A DNA stretch of 64,000 bases from positions 4,712,001 through 4,776,000 of the forward strand of contig OZ176056.1 of assembly GCA_964247055.1 (NCBI GenBank), given 5' to 3'. Positions within the stretch are counted from its first letter, which is position 1; each line of letters starts with the position of its first letter. Below, one piece after another: positions 1 to 12,214 of the stretch. The notes under the pieces are model-generated. The model made no database searches and had not been told where the DNA came from. It was given only the letters and a program-made list of their open reading frames with translations. Source of the stretch: Paragordius varius. Its lineage: Eukaryota; Animalia; Nematomorpha. The position numbers and the translations under genes were made by a program.

Positions 1-392
1 TTCCATATAGGTCTATGAGTAGGGGTCTATCGGTTGAAACTGAGACGCCATACAAAAATGGCGTGGTTTTGGAGCTAATTTTCAAAAACTTAAGAAGCCA
101 TACGAGTTAAATAAAGGTTTTAAATAATACCCATAAAAAGGTTAAAATTATAGTATAGCGGTTTTTTCCGTTAGTTATCAATTTGGGGCCCTGACAGTGA
201 ACAATATATTAGTATGAATGCACAGTTTTGAAAATGCTATGAGATCATAACTATTAAATAATGTTTCGAAATAATCCACATATATAGATTACAATTGTGT
301 TGATCGCTTTTTTCAAATAGCGCCCCCTCCCCTTTCTTCAAGAAGTCCGAATGACTTCTTCGAGCTGCGTAGCAACCCGAGATTTACGCTAT
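1..392 (+). mobile_element. 3' end of non-autonomous Helitron (copy A; continues left of the window)
   Basis: 1-330 aligns with 32096-32372 and with the reverse complement of 56110-56250. Terminal hairpin TTCGAGCTGC-GTA-GCAACCCGAG at 359-381, then ATTTACG-CTAT|T (degenerate CTAG|T). Confidence 0.75.
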
Positions 393-1464
393 TTTAATAA
401 AATACCTTATGAGCTGTAGAATTCATGTGTTAAAACGCCAGGGAATTAGTCGAAATGCGATAACTACATTAAAATGACGAAATTCTTTTAAAGAGGAACG
501 TTAAATTTTAATAATAACAATGATAATAAGTTAGTGAAGATATATACAGGAAGAATTAATATTCTTCATAATATAAAATGCCCTTTTTACTTTATTAATT
601 ATAAAAAGCAAAAATAAACTTATAGTCAAACAATGCAGAGTGTATTCCCAACTAAACATTTTTTTCAAAACAGCTTTATCTTAGTTGTAATTTAGTAAAT
701 TATAATTTATAATGCATTAGTTAGATTAATAATATTAAATTTTTTAATCTAGTGATTTAAACCAGTTTCCAACCATTTAAAAATATTTATTTAGCTATCA
801 TTCGATTGCTATAAAAGATTTGATGATAACTATCATTGATATAGTCTTTAGGCTAAACATTTCTTGATAAATTGTTGAAATTTTTTACATATATTTTAGA
901 AATTATATTTTTCCATAAAATCCTGCATTATATTAATCTACCAATTTAGATAATTCTTAAACCTTATATATTTATTCAATATTAAATTGAAACTTTTAAA
1001 ATTAAATGCGCTAAAAAACTGCTATTTATAAGAAAGAGAGAGGTGTTTAAAAGAGTTTACATAATTAATTATTAATTTTCGTAGGAACCTGGTTTTCAAC
1101 AGAATATATATGAAAATATTTTGATATAGATTGTAAAAATTTATAATATTTCACTCCCATTTTTGAACTACCTTAGGAATAATCAGATATTTAATGTATG
1201 AATAATAAAGGTTATATCAAATCCTGCCTAATAAAATAGTAATTTGTTTTATAAACCTGCAATAATATAACCATGTTCTAAACTTAGAAAAATGCGAATT
1301 CATAACAATAATACAGAGTAGGCAAAACAAAAATATTATATTATACTAACTAATTAATAATCGATTTTAATAATATTCTCCGCATATGATCATGAATCTT
1401 TTTTATTAGCGAAGCAAGAAAACCAACAAGTGTCACGTTTCTTAATTAAGTATTTACTCAAATT

Positions 1465-3147
1465 ATGGTACCACATCATATTCCAAATAGTTTTCAAATA
1501 AATATAACCTTGTCCAATTCAAATAAACCACAAGTTTCAGTGTTTGAATGGACAGATATCCCAAATTGTCTTACGTCAACCCTTGGCCCCGGCAACAAAA
1601 TCTTTCGTCACATCATAATACCCATTTTGCTGTTGATTGGGATAGTAGGAAATGTATGTGGCTACATAATCTTAACAACGCTCCTACGCTCCTTTAAACA
1701 GCCCGTCTATTATTTCTGGAAGATTGTTACGATTGAAAATATGTTAGTTTGTTTACTGCTTTGGAGCCGTTATTTTGCAAAGGCACCATTTTATCATTAC
1801 CGGTATGCGGTGGAATCGAATGTTTGGTTAGCTTTTTACGTATACAATAAAATTTTGGCACGTTCCCTCTTTTATAACAGCTTTGTTGTCATAAGTTTCG
1901 TTATGATAGATCGGTTGTTAGCTTTGTACCAGCCATATGTTTATGCCACTTGGATCAGTACTAATAAGTTTTGGAAATTTGCTCCTTGGATAGCTTGGAT
2001 TATCCAATTAATACTACAAACAATCATTGGCTTAAGTTCTCAAATCGTTCCATGTATGACGACAAGTAGTAAGATAACGTCACAAAAAGAAATTTTTTAC
2101 CAATTTAACTTTTATTATGTGCCATACCATGCCATCATACTTGCTATTCAATTGTGCTTTTTCCATTTCCTACCCTTCTTAATAACTCTCGCATGTGGAT
2201 GCCTCGTAAGTCGAAAACTTGAACGTTTTTATGAAGGTTTGAGTTTTACCCAATGTACACCCTCATTGCAAACATCTTATCCACCCAATACCTTAAATTC
2301 TAATGCCGAATCCGGGAAAAGATTTGCTCAAGCAAACCTTTTAAAAGGCAGCTCTAATTCTAGTTCAGCTCGCGTTTTTAAATTTCCTATTGCATGTAGG
2401 CAACGCATTATACATGATATCAATAGAAAATGGAATAAACTTAGCCCGAAATCAATTAAAAGGGATAAAAATAATGAAACTATTACGAATCTAGCTTTAA
2501 ATTCGATTCATGCATTTCCTCTGCCCTGGGTATCCAGTACTACTCTCGAAACTAAATATCCCAATAAAATTTACCCCGCTAATATTGCTAAAGACCCCTT
2601 AAGTATTATTGTTAAACCGTTGAAAAACGATGCTATGGTTACCTCATCTCAACCAAAAATGGCCTGCTATTTTACCACAAACCATTTAACAGCAACATTC
2701 ACAACTGAAAAAGATTCCTACCCCTTATCCATTAGAGCTCCCATATTTTTATGGCCAAATGTAGGGACACCACCTCAATTAACAACTAGCACCGATGAAG
2801 TAATAAATAAACGGCGTACTTTAATAAATCATACCCCGTCACTCACAGACAGGCGTTGCTATTCTCAACGATTAAATATATATGGTGGTATATTCCTATC
2901 CATCTATTATGCTGCATGTATGCTACCAGAAACCATATTAAATTTGTACGAATTTATGTTTCGCATCAGAGGTGGCCAACTTCCTACCAAACCTTTCATC
3001 GATTTTATGGATTTCGTTTTGTGGATTGATGTATGTTATATTATAACTGCAATTTATATCTATTTATTGTTTGACAAAAACTGTCACCGAGCATTAATTA
3101 AGTATGAAATGGGAATTTTACGAAAATTCCTAAATTTTTTTGATTAG
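1465..3147 (+). CDS. Intronless orphan rhodopsin-like (class A) GPCR, 560 aa, with a very long third intracellular loop
   Basis: Seven hydrophobic segments; TM1 GIVGN; TM3 end IDRLLAL (DRY-like); ECL2 Cys (IVPC); TM5 FFHFLPF; TM6 ACMLP; TM7 followed by helix-8-like FDKNCHRAL. About 200 aa of polar sequence lies between TM5 and TM6. Confidence 0.85.
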   Translation: MVPHHIPNSFQINITLSNSNKPQVSVFEWTDIPNCLTSTLGPGNKIFRHIIIPILLLIGIVGNVCGYIILTTLLRSFKQPVYYFWKIVTIENMLVCLLLWSRYFAKAPFYHYRYAVESNVWLAFYVYNKILARSLFYNSFVVISFVMIDRLLALYQPYVYATWISTNKFWKFAPWIAWIIQLILQTIIGLSSQIVPCMTTSSKITSQKEIFYQFNFYYVPYHAIILAIQLCFFHFLPFLITLACGCLVSRKLERFYEGLSFTQCTPSLQTSYPPNTLNSNAESGKRFAQANLLKGSSNSSSARVFKFPIACRQRIIHDINRKWNKLSPKSIKRDKNNETITNLALNSIHAFPLPWVSSTTLETKYPNKIYPANIAKDPLSIIVKPLKNDAMVTSSQPKMACYFTTNHLTATFTTEKDSYPLSIRAPIFLWPNVGTPPQLTTSTDEVINKRRTLINHTPSLTDRRCYSQRLNIYGGIFLSIYYAACMLPETILNLYEFMFRIRGGQLPTKPFIDFMDFVLWIDVCYIITAIYIYLLFDKNCHRALIKYEMGILRKFLNFFD

Positions 3148-3576
3148 CCTATCATCATAACAATGTTGCATGCGCAAATTCAATATATATGATTATTCAA
3201 AAAATGTTTTAATTTTTTCCAGGTTACTTGTTTTAAATTAGGCGACACCCCCTTGGAATTAAAGTGTGGGGGAATGTTTTGATATGTGACCACTCTATTT
3301 TAATATTATGTACAATATATATTTTATATAGGTATCTTAGATGAAGGAAAAATAGATAAAGGTACGATAATAAATATTCTATATTCCACTCTTTTATACT
3401 TTTATGTTATATATATGAAATAGCAAATAGATATTAAACCTTTTAAATAGAGCCAAGCCTGTAAATTAGCTGATGTGGATATCATTTTTCCTATTTTTAA
3501 AAGTTCCATTCAAGTAAATATATAGAGGGTGAATAATAATTGGAAAGGACATTAAAATGAAGTTTAGTAAGGTCTA

Positions 3577-3827
3577 CAGGGGTGTCCAACATACAAATGG
3601 TTTAGCGGGCCGCATTTGGGGAATATATGGGAACAAATATTTTATTAGATTTTAGACCTGACTGTAAAAACAACTATTTCTTTTAACATTTTTTGCTAGT
3701 TTATTGCCAAAATTCTGTTATATTTATCAGAAAATTGTTTAAAAAAATATTTTTTTCTTCGATTCCTTAAAATTTTGTATTTGAAATTTCTCCCCGGCCG
3801 CACAAATGTTTAAAATTAGAACCCCTA
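3577..3827. mobile_element. hAT (Charlie-type) MITE; related copies at ~12265-12476, ~22982-23261, ~25880-26050, ~37238-37516
   Basis: Ends CAGGGGTGTCCAAC / GTTGGACACCCC(TG) in variously degenerate form, with internal GCGGGCCGCA / GCGGCCCG motifs typical of Charlie-type ends. TSD not resolved. Confidence 0.6.
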
Positions 3828-4239
3828 GCCTAGTATGTAGAGACAAGGCGGTTGGTATAAAAAGCAAATGATACCTTTACCTATACATAAATCAAATGTT
3901 GTGCATAATTTTAAATTAATAAGTAAACCATAAAGCATAAACGGAAAAAATGAGGTGGCATTCATCATAAAAACCACGACTTAAATGTATAGATCTAGGA
4001 TGTAGAGGCTATTCCTTCCCACACAGCAACTAAATGGCTTAAGGTTATTAATATCGAATTAACTTACTTATGGGATAAATTTAAATATAATTTATCATTG
4101 AAAATAAGACAGCCTGCTATATCAAGCTTGCACAAAAACACCATAAAAAGAATTTGATTCTGATAAATAAATGGGATCATCATGGAGCTTTTTTGTAACT
4201 TACATGTTTCATTACAGATTTTTGTTAAGTGTAACCTGT

Positions 4240-5300
4240 AATAATTTCATCAAATAGTATTTCCGGAAATAAAATTGGTCTAACACCTAAGAATATTTAT
4301 TAGGATTTATCGGAAATTTTTGGTCCCGATTTAAGATTACACCCAAAAGTTTTAGTTATATATGAATTATTTTGTATCATTCGAAAGAGCGCAAAAGAAT
4401 GAATCTTTCGAATAGTTAGCATTTAAATTAATCTGACGTAAAAGTCTTTGCCTTTATATGGTAAAAATTTTACACCCATACATAAGTCAAAAATTTTCAC
4501 AAATAAATTAATATAAATCATATAAAATATTTTAATATAATTATTAGGGTTAATATAAAATTGAAAAAAAATCTTTGAAAAAGCTTTTAGTTTTAATAAA
4601 AATCATTATCAAAAGAATTTTACCTAGTGGATACTAAAATGCATAGTTATAACTTCTTTAAAATTTTGAAATTAAAGAGAATAAATTATTATTAATGAGA
4701 TGGGAATTTTAAAAACCCCTAAAACATGGATGTTTTGAATGACATAAATAAATATGTATTTAAATCAAATAACTTTATGTTACCATTTATAGACATTTGT
4801 TTACATCCATTAATTTAAATATATAAAGAAAAACGCTCTCGCTTGCGTTTGTCGCTGCCTATGTCCAATATTAACTATCGATATAAAACATAGAAGTATG
4901 CATTTCATAGAATTTATTATTCTTTCGAATGATAATATTGCAAATGGGCCTTTGTTGTTATTTTTCAAAGACAAACATTTTTTAGTAAAATTTTGATTAA
5001 AAGGGCGCATAATCGTCAAATAAAAAAATGTAGATATTATTTTTAATTCAACTTAACCGTTAAAATGTTAGTAAATATCATAGAGTACAAAAAACCCGAG
5101 TGGCAAAAAAATTTCTTTAGTGTTATAAGAATTGCTCCATCGAAAAATCGAATAACGGACATATGAATTTTTTGGTAAAGATACCGAGAACTTTTGTTAA
5201 TAAATAAATATATTAAAAAATATATGGAAAAAGGCAAAACTTTAATTTGTATTTACATTCAAATATTATATGTAAACTCCAAAAGTCTTACAACTCCGCT
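4240..5300 (+). repeat. Interspersed repeat family R1, copy 1 (unclassified; boundaries approximate)
   Basis: Colinear similarity to ~46290-47400 (+) and ~62470-63520 (-), sharing blocks such as CATTCGAAAG, ATGCAT(A/G)GTTATAACT and GCGTTTGTCGCTnCnTATGTCCAATATTAAC. Confidence 0.7.
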
Positions 5301-5690
5301 AAAATAAGTTTTTCTTACCAAAAGAACAGAGATTGGTAAGATTAAAGATAGATATCGAAAAAAATTATTTTATTTACGAGGTCTTTGCAATCATTATGCA
5401 AAGATGATGGCAAACTGTATATTTTATCAGTAATTAATATCAATTAAAGCCCATTCATTTATTGAGTTATGTGGCACCCACGCCATATTTGAGCTGGAAA
5501 TATCCCGTGAAGCCATTCCTGTTTTAACTTAAATGAAAATGTATTAGTATTTTATTTTTTAATTATATAACATTTATTTTTATAGTTATTATAAATATTT
5601 TGTCCACTAAGACATATCCATATAATTTGGAATTTATAGATTATAATTTAATTTCAAGAGTGTGAATTAATTGTGTGATGTAAACCATAG

Positions 5691-8600
5691 CTATTCATAA
5701 GTAAAATGTAGATCAGGGACATCTTTCATTTTTAAATCATATACGGTATCAAAGATAAAGTTATCTTCCTTGTTAAAATGATTTTTCCAATCTCCAATAA
5801 TTCCTAAACAATAATTTGTATATTTTGTTTATATTTTGAAATTGTAACAATCAGACGTTTTACGCATTTTAGTTTTTTCATCTTTGAAAAACCAAAAAAT
5901 ATTTTAGCTTTAAAATTAGTTTATTAAAATTACCTTTTCTTATAAACGGACTCTTGGTGGAATCAAAAATAGGTACTTGACTTCTATTTATGTGGGGATT
6001 TCCCTTCATTTTATTAAAAGAGCAATGATCACAAATGCTAGATATTTGTGCTTCAGTGAAAGAATAACCTAGGAATGAAGCCAATTTCTCCACAACTTTC
6101 GGCAAGTTCTATGGATAAAAATTGTTTCTTATTCATTATAAAACTAAACTATTGGTTAGTTTTCTTTTCTAAAAAGTTTAAGCCCGAACCATACAACAAT
6201 ACCAATTTATTCAATCAATAATTGCAAAAACTGTTGCAAAACGCAAAATTTTGATTAGTGGAATATACAATGCGAAAAGGGGATGATAATTATTTATATA
6301 AGGTTTTAAATTAATTTACTACCCCGAACCTATCCATAAAATATTTAATCTTGTCCTTAAATATACTCTTTAATTGAATAAAATATGTTATTTACTGGAA
6401 AAAATATTCGTAAAAAATAACAGTTTTTATGCTTATATTTCGAAGAATAAATATTACATAAAGGCTCGCCGAACGTTTGTTCTTTTAAAAAAATTTGATA
6501 ATTAAACCAGTTATCCATTACGCCTTTGAGAAGGATAAATAAAAAAATAAAGTTTTTTTTAAGACTTTTATAACATCACCACAGAGAACAGATAACAAAA
6601 TTATAATAGGAGATTGATTTAGCATAAAGTGAAGGTAAATCAAAAATACCCAATAGCGGTAATATAAACGCTTAAATTTCCAATGATGTATATTCAGTTT
6701 TAGATTTATCATCATTTCTAATATACCATTTACAATTCAAATTCACCCTAAAAATAAATTATGTGTTTTCTGGCTAATATAACTCAATATTAATATGAAA
6801 TTTATTTTTATGGAATAGTTTATAATTTTTTTAGTATTATATAAATTTTAAACATAGCACCTTATTTATTTTAGGGTGAATTCGAATTGTTCGGGGGTAA
6901 ATTCGATTTGTTCAAGGAGGGTATTCGGACTGTAAATGGTATATTATAAGGTAAAATCTATGATTTTATTAGAATTATTTAAATGCAAAATTTATTTTTT
7001 AAAAGAAGCTTTGCATAACGGGCAAATCGTAGTGCATGAAAATGTAATTGAAAATTTTAATCATCTGTTTTATTAAAAGTTTATCCTTATTTCGTTTTAT
7101 AATTATGAATAGTGATTAAATGAGTAAATTTCAATGTAAAAAGTATATAAATGTAGGCTAGAAAAAATTAGGGGATTTAGCGACATATTCGCAGTTTTGT
7201 TTATCCTAAAAACCCAAAAATTTAGACGTTTTTAAAAAAAGTTTTATGTTAAAAACTATTTAAAATTATAGATCTTATACTTATTATTAAATTTATGTTT
7301 TTAATAATAATCACCTGATCTATTATCACTAAAATGAAAAAAATAACGTTATATATATGTGGGATTTTTAAGTTACCGCATCTTTTCAAATTGATTAAAT
7401 TACTATTTTCATATCTTCGTAACGGATAATGCATATGTTAGGCAAATAATTATGTTTCCAATATGATTTTACATGTTCGAACCAGGAGCCCAAACAAACT
7501 AAATTATAAAATATATAATAAAAAATATTTCAGATCTTAATTCGTTAAAATAATAATAATTTTATGTATAAATTTACAGTAAACATAACAATTTTCTAAT
7601 GTTCTAAAATAAAATTTGGCAATATGGTAATTTTTTAACAACAATAAATCAAAATCTCTTAAACTATTATTACTTTACAGTCATGTATCATTTATTTTAT
7701 CAAAAATTTATTTTTTTTTCGTTAAATGGTTATAGATATTTGGTAGTAAATGGAAAAAACAAGAGCTCTATGGTAATTCTTATACTTTTTTGATGAAAAT
7801 GATAAATACCATAGAGCTCTTGTTTTTTTCATTACTTACCAAATATTTATACTCATTTAATGAAAAAAAAATAAATTTTTGATAAGATAAAGGATACATG
7901 ACTTTAATATTATGAAAAAGGCAGAACAAGGAATGAAAATATAGATAAAAAGCATAAAAACCAAAAGACAAATTTTATTTTCAAAAACAACCATATTTTT
8001 ATAAATTTAAATTTTTCCTACATATATATTTAATTACAATTAAAAAAATGGAAATATACATCTCAATTTCACGCTTTAAAATTTAACACAATGAGATATA
8101 AAGGAAATCAAGTTGAAAAAAGTACAGTGGTTAAGAAATGTTTGTCCTTATATTTTTATGTTTTGTCCGTATAATTTCAATTTTTGCTTTAACTTACCCT
8201 TTTCCTCCAAAAACAGACTGAGAAATGTTTGAAAGCTTTTATCAAAGCAACCCAAATCAATGGCCATTTTGTGATGATAATAAAATGAGACAGCCAAATC
8301 TTTCGGATTCCTCATCACATATACAATCTAGAAAAGAATGATTATAATGGAATATATGGCCGCAATGTACACCTTTATTTCCATTAAAATTTTGAGATAT
8401 TGACCCATATTAATTTACACAAAATTAACAGAATTTATTTCAACATATATTAAGCATTTTGTTTCCATTGTAAAAAGTAAAATGGCAAAAGATACTATAT
8501 TCAAACCTGTATCGCAATATATTGGATATTAGGTTTTTTTTGGGAAAATTCATAAATGGCAATTATTGAAAAAAAAATGTTTAGTAGAATAAATTTAATA

Positions 8601-11600
8601 AATTACAATGAAAAGCTGAAAAGGCTATTTAAAATTATGATCAAAAAATAAAATTAATAGGCGAATAAAAGCAAAACTGCACCCTCCAAGGTAAAAAATA
8701 CACAACTGCCACAATGTTTTAAGTCTCACATAATAAGAAACCATTTTACCCGTATAAAAAATGGGGGGTGTATTTATAGAAATAAACGGACATGTTACGG
8801 AAATAAATGTTTCCTGGTATGAAATGGCAAAAGAGTTAGAATATTTTGCAGATTACTAAATCACAAATGGATTAAAATAATTGTTACAAATAATTTTGGT
8901 GTCAAGTAACAATATTATTTTTGTAAAAAACAGCTATTGATTGCAGAAGATAAATTCTTAGAAACTTAAATGATTCTTTAACACTTCGATTTAAATTGGG
9001 GTACCAAATACCCCAGACTAAATTTAAGTTAGTACTTTTAAAAAACTACTGAAGGAAACGGTATCAACTTAAATTAATGCTTCTATTCTAATAAAAATTA
9101 TATAAGCTAAAATATAAATAAAATTTTGTTTTAAAAAAAATTCCATGGCAAACTACTTCTGCGCCATTTTATTTTACAAAATTTGTGCAGAGTGTCGTGT
9201 TCATTTAAATTTTAAAGTAAAATTTAAGCTTTTTTATATTTAAATCACATCTAACATTGATAGAAATAGAAAAAAGGGTTTATTTTGCATTATTTACTTA
9301 TGCACACATGTCATGTTGACTAAATTTCCTTTGTGTTTTATCTTAAAAAGATATCAAGTATTTTCAAATATTTTTTAATTTCGGATTAATGTTATATAAG
9401 TGCAAACTTTTGCCATGGTTAACCTTCCATATTTTATAAAGTATTAAATTTTAAATACTCTTGGGGTAACTACCCCAAATTAAATTGTAGGTTTGAAATG
9501 AATATGTTGTATCCAAGTGTAATACATAACAAGAAAGGCGGAATATTTTAGGGGTAAGGTATAAAATTATATATTTTAACATAGTCAAAAAAGAATTTTT
9601 CTGAGAATGCTTTAAAACTAATGTGCTATTTAATAATATTTAGATTAAAAAAAAGGGGCTATACGATTTCCAGAAAAATTATATCTAAATAGTCTAAGCT
9701 TATTTGGAAATTGTTGATGAGATAGACAAACGTGACCTGGTCAAAATAGGAGTTACTTAAACGAGATCCGGTTAAAGCAAAATGTTTAACCAGGAAATAT
9801 ATATTAGCAAGAAGATAGAACAAATTCTTTTTCCAAATTTCACTCTCTATAAAAATGTTAATTTATGTAAACCTCTAAACATTTCAACCATAATTTAAAA
9901 CTTTAAAAATATTACCTCCAAAAAGAATGTAAAAACCTAAGTCAAAATCACAAAATGTAATTAAACTTTGCATCCATACGCTTTAATCGCTGGTGGTAAC
10001 CATGAATAGGGTAAGTGTGTTTGCAACAATCTTGGGCGTGGCAGAGTTGCTAATTTTGAAAGACTCATTTGAAGGGCTTCAATATGTACGATACGTTGTG
10101 AAATATCCAGGGTAGAAATTTTATCCAAATCTCCATTGTTTGTGATAAGAGAAATGATCTCTGATGCCCATGTAGTTCCTATATATCGGAATAAGGTTAC
10201 GGAGGATTAATTTTACGTAAAATTAACTTTTATTAAATAAATTTCGAAATGGCTCAGATGGTATATAAGCTAAAAATGGATGATAAAAACAAGAAAAGCT
10301 TTGACTTATTGGATTATGAAATATAATAATTAAACTAACCTTTATTTCTAATCTTCTAATAAATGCTAAAGATTTCTTGTTTTAATCACCTTTAAGTAAA
10401 ACTTAAACCGTTTTTTTGTTTTGATCAGCCCATCCAATGTTTTAAAATATAAATTTATAAAATAGTTTAAATACTTTGAACATAACGATAATTATATAGA
10501 GATGAAATTCTTTTAGGATGTTAATTTTCAAACAAGTTTTTCGAAGTATATGAAAATTATGTAAAATTTTTAAAAATGCGGCGGTATAATTTTTATTTAT
10601 ACACTTGGGCCATTAAATTATTTTATTTAATAAATGCTGTTAGCATGCCATTCGCCAATAGTTTGATTTAAAGAATACATCATTATTATCCAAAGTATAT
10701 TATTCACTTAAATTTAAATTAAAATACGTTGTATAATAATAAAAATTTTCAACCTTAATTTAATCATTAAAATTTGTGATTGTATTAGCATTCAATGGTC
10801 ATTTTAAAGTTTTCTTATGCTGTCATAAAGTTTTTTTATGCTGTCATATTTAATAATTTAAAATGAAAAAAACCCAACATAAATATAATGTAATATAGTT
10901 TTAGCACCTTAACTTATTGAAATTGAAACATAAGTTTGACTCTGTTTATAATTTGATGGAAAAGCATTTTATAAAATTTATACCACTAAATTCCTATTGA
11001 TAAAAATACAACGTAAGCTTATTATGCAAAACCATCAATACACATAAATTTTAATTAAACATTTGTGATTATTAGGTTAAAAATTAACATTAAATTTTAC
11101 AAAAATGCAACTTTTGATCTAGCAGGGCGGCAAATACGCCGCCCCCCGAAATATTACTGCAGCCGGCGAGAAATTTACACTAAAAATTTTACGAAATATA
11201 AGGAAACTTGTTCTAAAATTAATTGTTGAATTAACTCTCCGAAATTTGGCAATAAAACAGCAAAATGTTAAAATAAATAGGTTCCAGCCTTATGTTTAGA
11301 ATCAAATAAAATATTTGTAATAGCTCATGTTTGCGAATGCGACCTGTCGGATTTTTTGAATCAAAAATGCACCCGCAGCTAATTGTGTTGGACAGAGCTG
11401 ATTTATACTATCATAGGGGTTGTAACATAATTTGTTTAAGTTTAATATTTATGATAGTTAATAAATTTCGAAATCTTTAATATTAATTTACCTTTTTATA
11501 CCTAGCGCAAAAATGATAGTTATTTCGAGTGATTTTAAATACATAAGTGGCATATTCAATTTTCCTTTTTAAAATTTTGAGACCAATTAATTCTCATAGC

Positions 11601-12214
11601 TGTTGGGTAATTTTTAATATCCATGATATATTGCAATGGCAAAGTATTAAAATATCTTACCAGATTTTGGATATGTCGCTAAAATAACGTCATCGGGGAA
11701 GACCAACATATCCTGCAAGTTATTTAAATGTTGTGGACTGAAAAAGTATCCTGGATACAATATTTCATTCCATTTGAAGGGATTCTCTATTTTGCTCGTG
11801 TAATCGTGGACGCGTTTGTCAAACTCATGATTAGTAAAGGTTGGGCTGGTAACTCTATTGTCACATTCTGATAAATTACAGTAAAAATTAAATTTATGCG
11901 GACAAAATGTAATGAAGACAAATATTTGCTTTCAGAAGACGGCTATACTGTTTTAAACTTGATTTTTTAAACATACTTTGTTGTATTAAAAATTGCCAAG
12001 TGTGAAATAGATATATAGATATATATATTGGTAACACAATCAATTATATATTTTACAATTGTAATTAAATAATTAATATGGGAAAAACTAAGTGGTTTGA
12101 AACAGTATGATTTTGATTTTGTAAACAAAAATTTGTCTTTATATTATATTAAATTAAACTTTTACCTGATAATTCATCCACTTTCTCGGTGAACAATCCC
12201 TCATCATTTAGCAT
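5691..12214 (-). CDS. SULT: Cytosolic PAPS-dependent sulfotransferase (Sulfotransfer_1), 326 aa. Coding exons 12214-12166, 11867-11661, 10178-9967, 8327-8198, 7498-7404, 6108-5934, 5803-5691
   Basis: All six introns are GT-AG and phase-consistent; 981 nt in total. Motifs: DDVILATYPKSGTTW (5'-PSB loop), RLLQTHLP (catalytic His), IVYVMRNPKDLAVS (3'-PB), GSWFEHV, RYEDMK, FIRKGIIGDWKNHF. Confidence 0.95.
6722..6943. mobile_element. Foldback MITE of the TATACCATTT family with 21-bp subterminal repeats (SULT intron)
   Basis: Termini TATACCATTTAC / GTAAATGGTATA. Degenerate ACCCTTGAACAATTCAAATTC units, matching the element at 23587-23922. Confidence 0.75.
7660..7910. repeat. Long palindrome / foldback in a SULT intron
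   Basis: 7731-7775 is a near-perfect reverse complement of 7807-7851 (core AACAAGAGCTCTATGGTA). Arms extend outward imperfectly to about 7660 and 7910; loop about 31 nt. Confidence 0.8.
8982..9519. mobile_element. piggyBac-like MITE in a SULT intron
   Basis: TTAA|CACTTCGAT left end and CCAAGTG|TAA right end; colinear with 44464-45000. Confidence 0.7.

Noticed and set aside
1465-12214. GPCR and sulfotransferase as a functional ligand-modifying module
   Set aside because: They are convergent neighbours separated by repeats, with no shared promoter or other sequence evidence of coupling.
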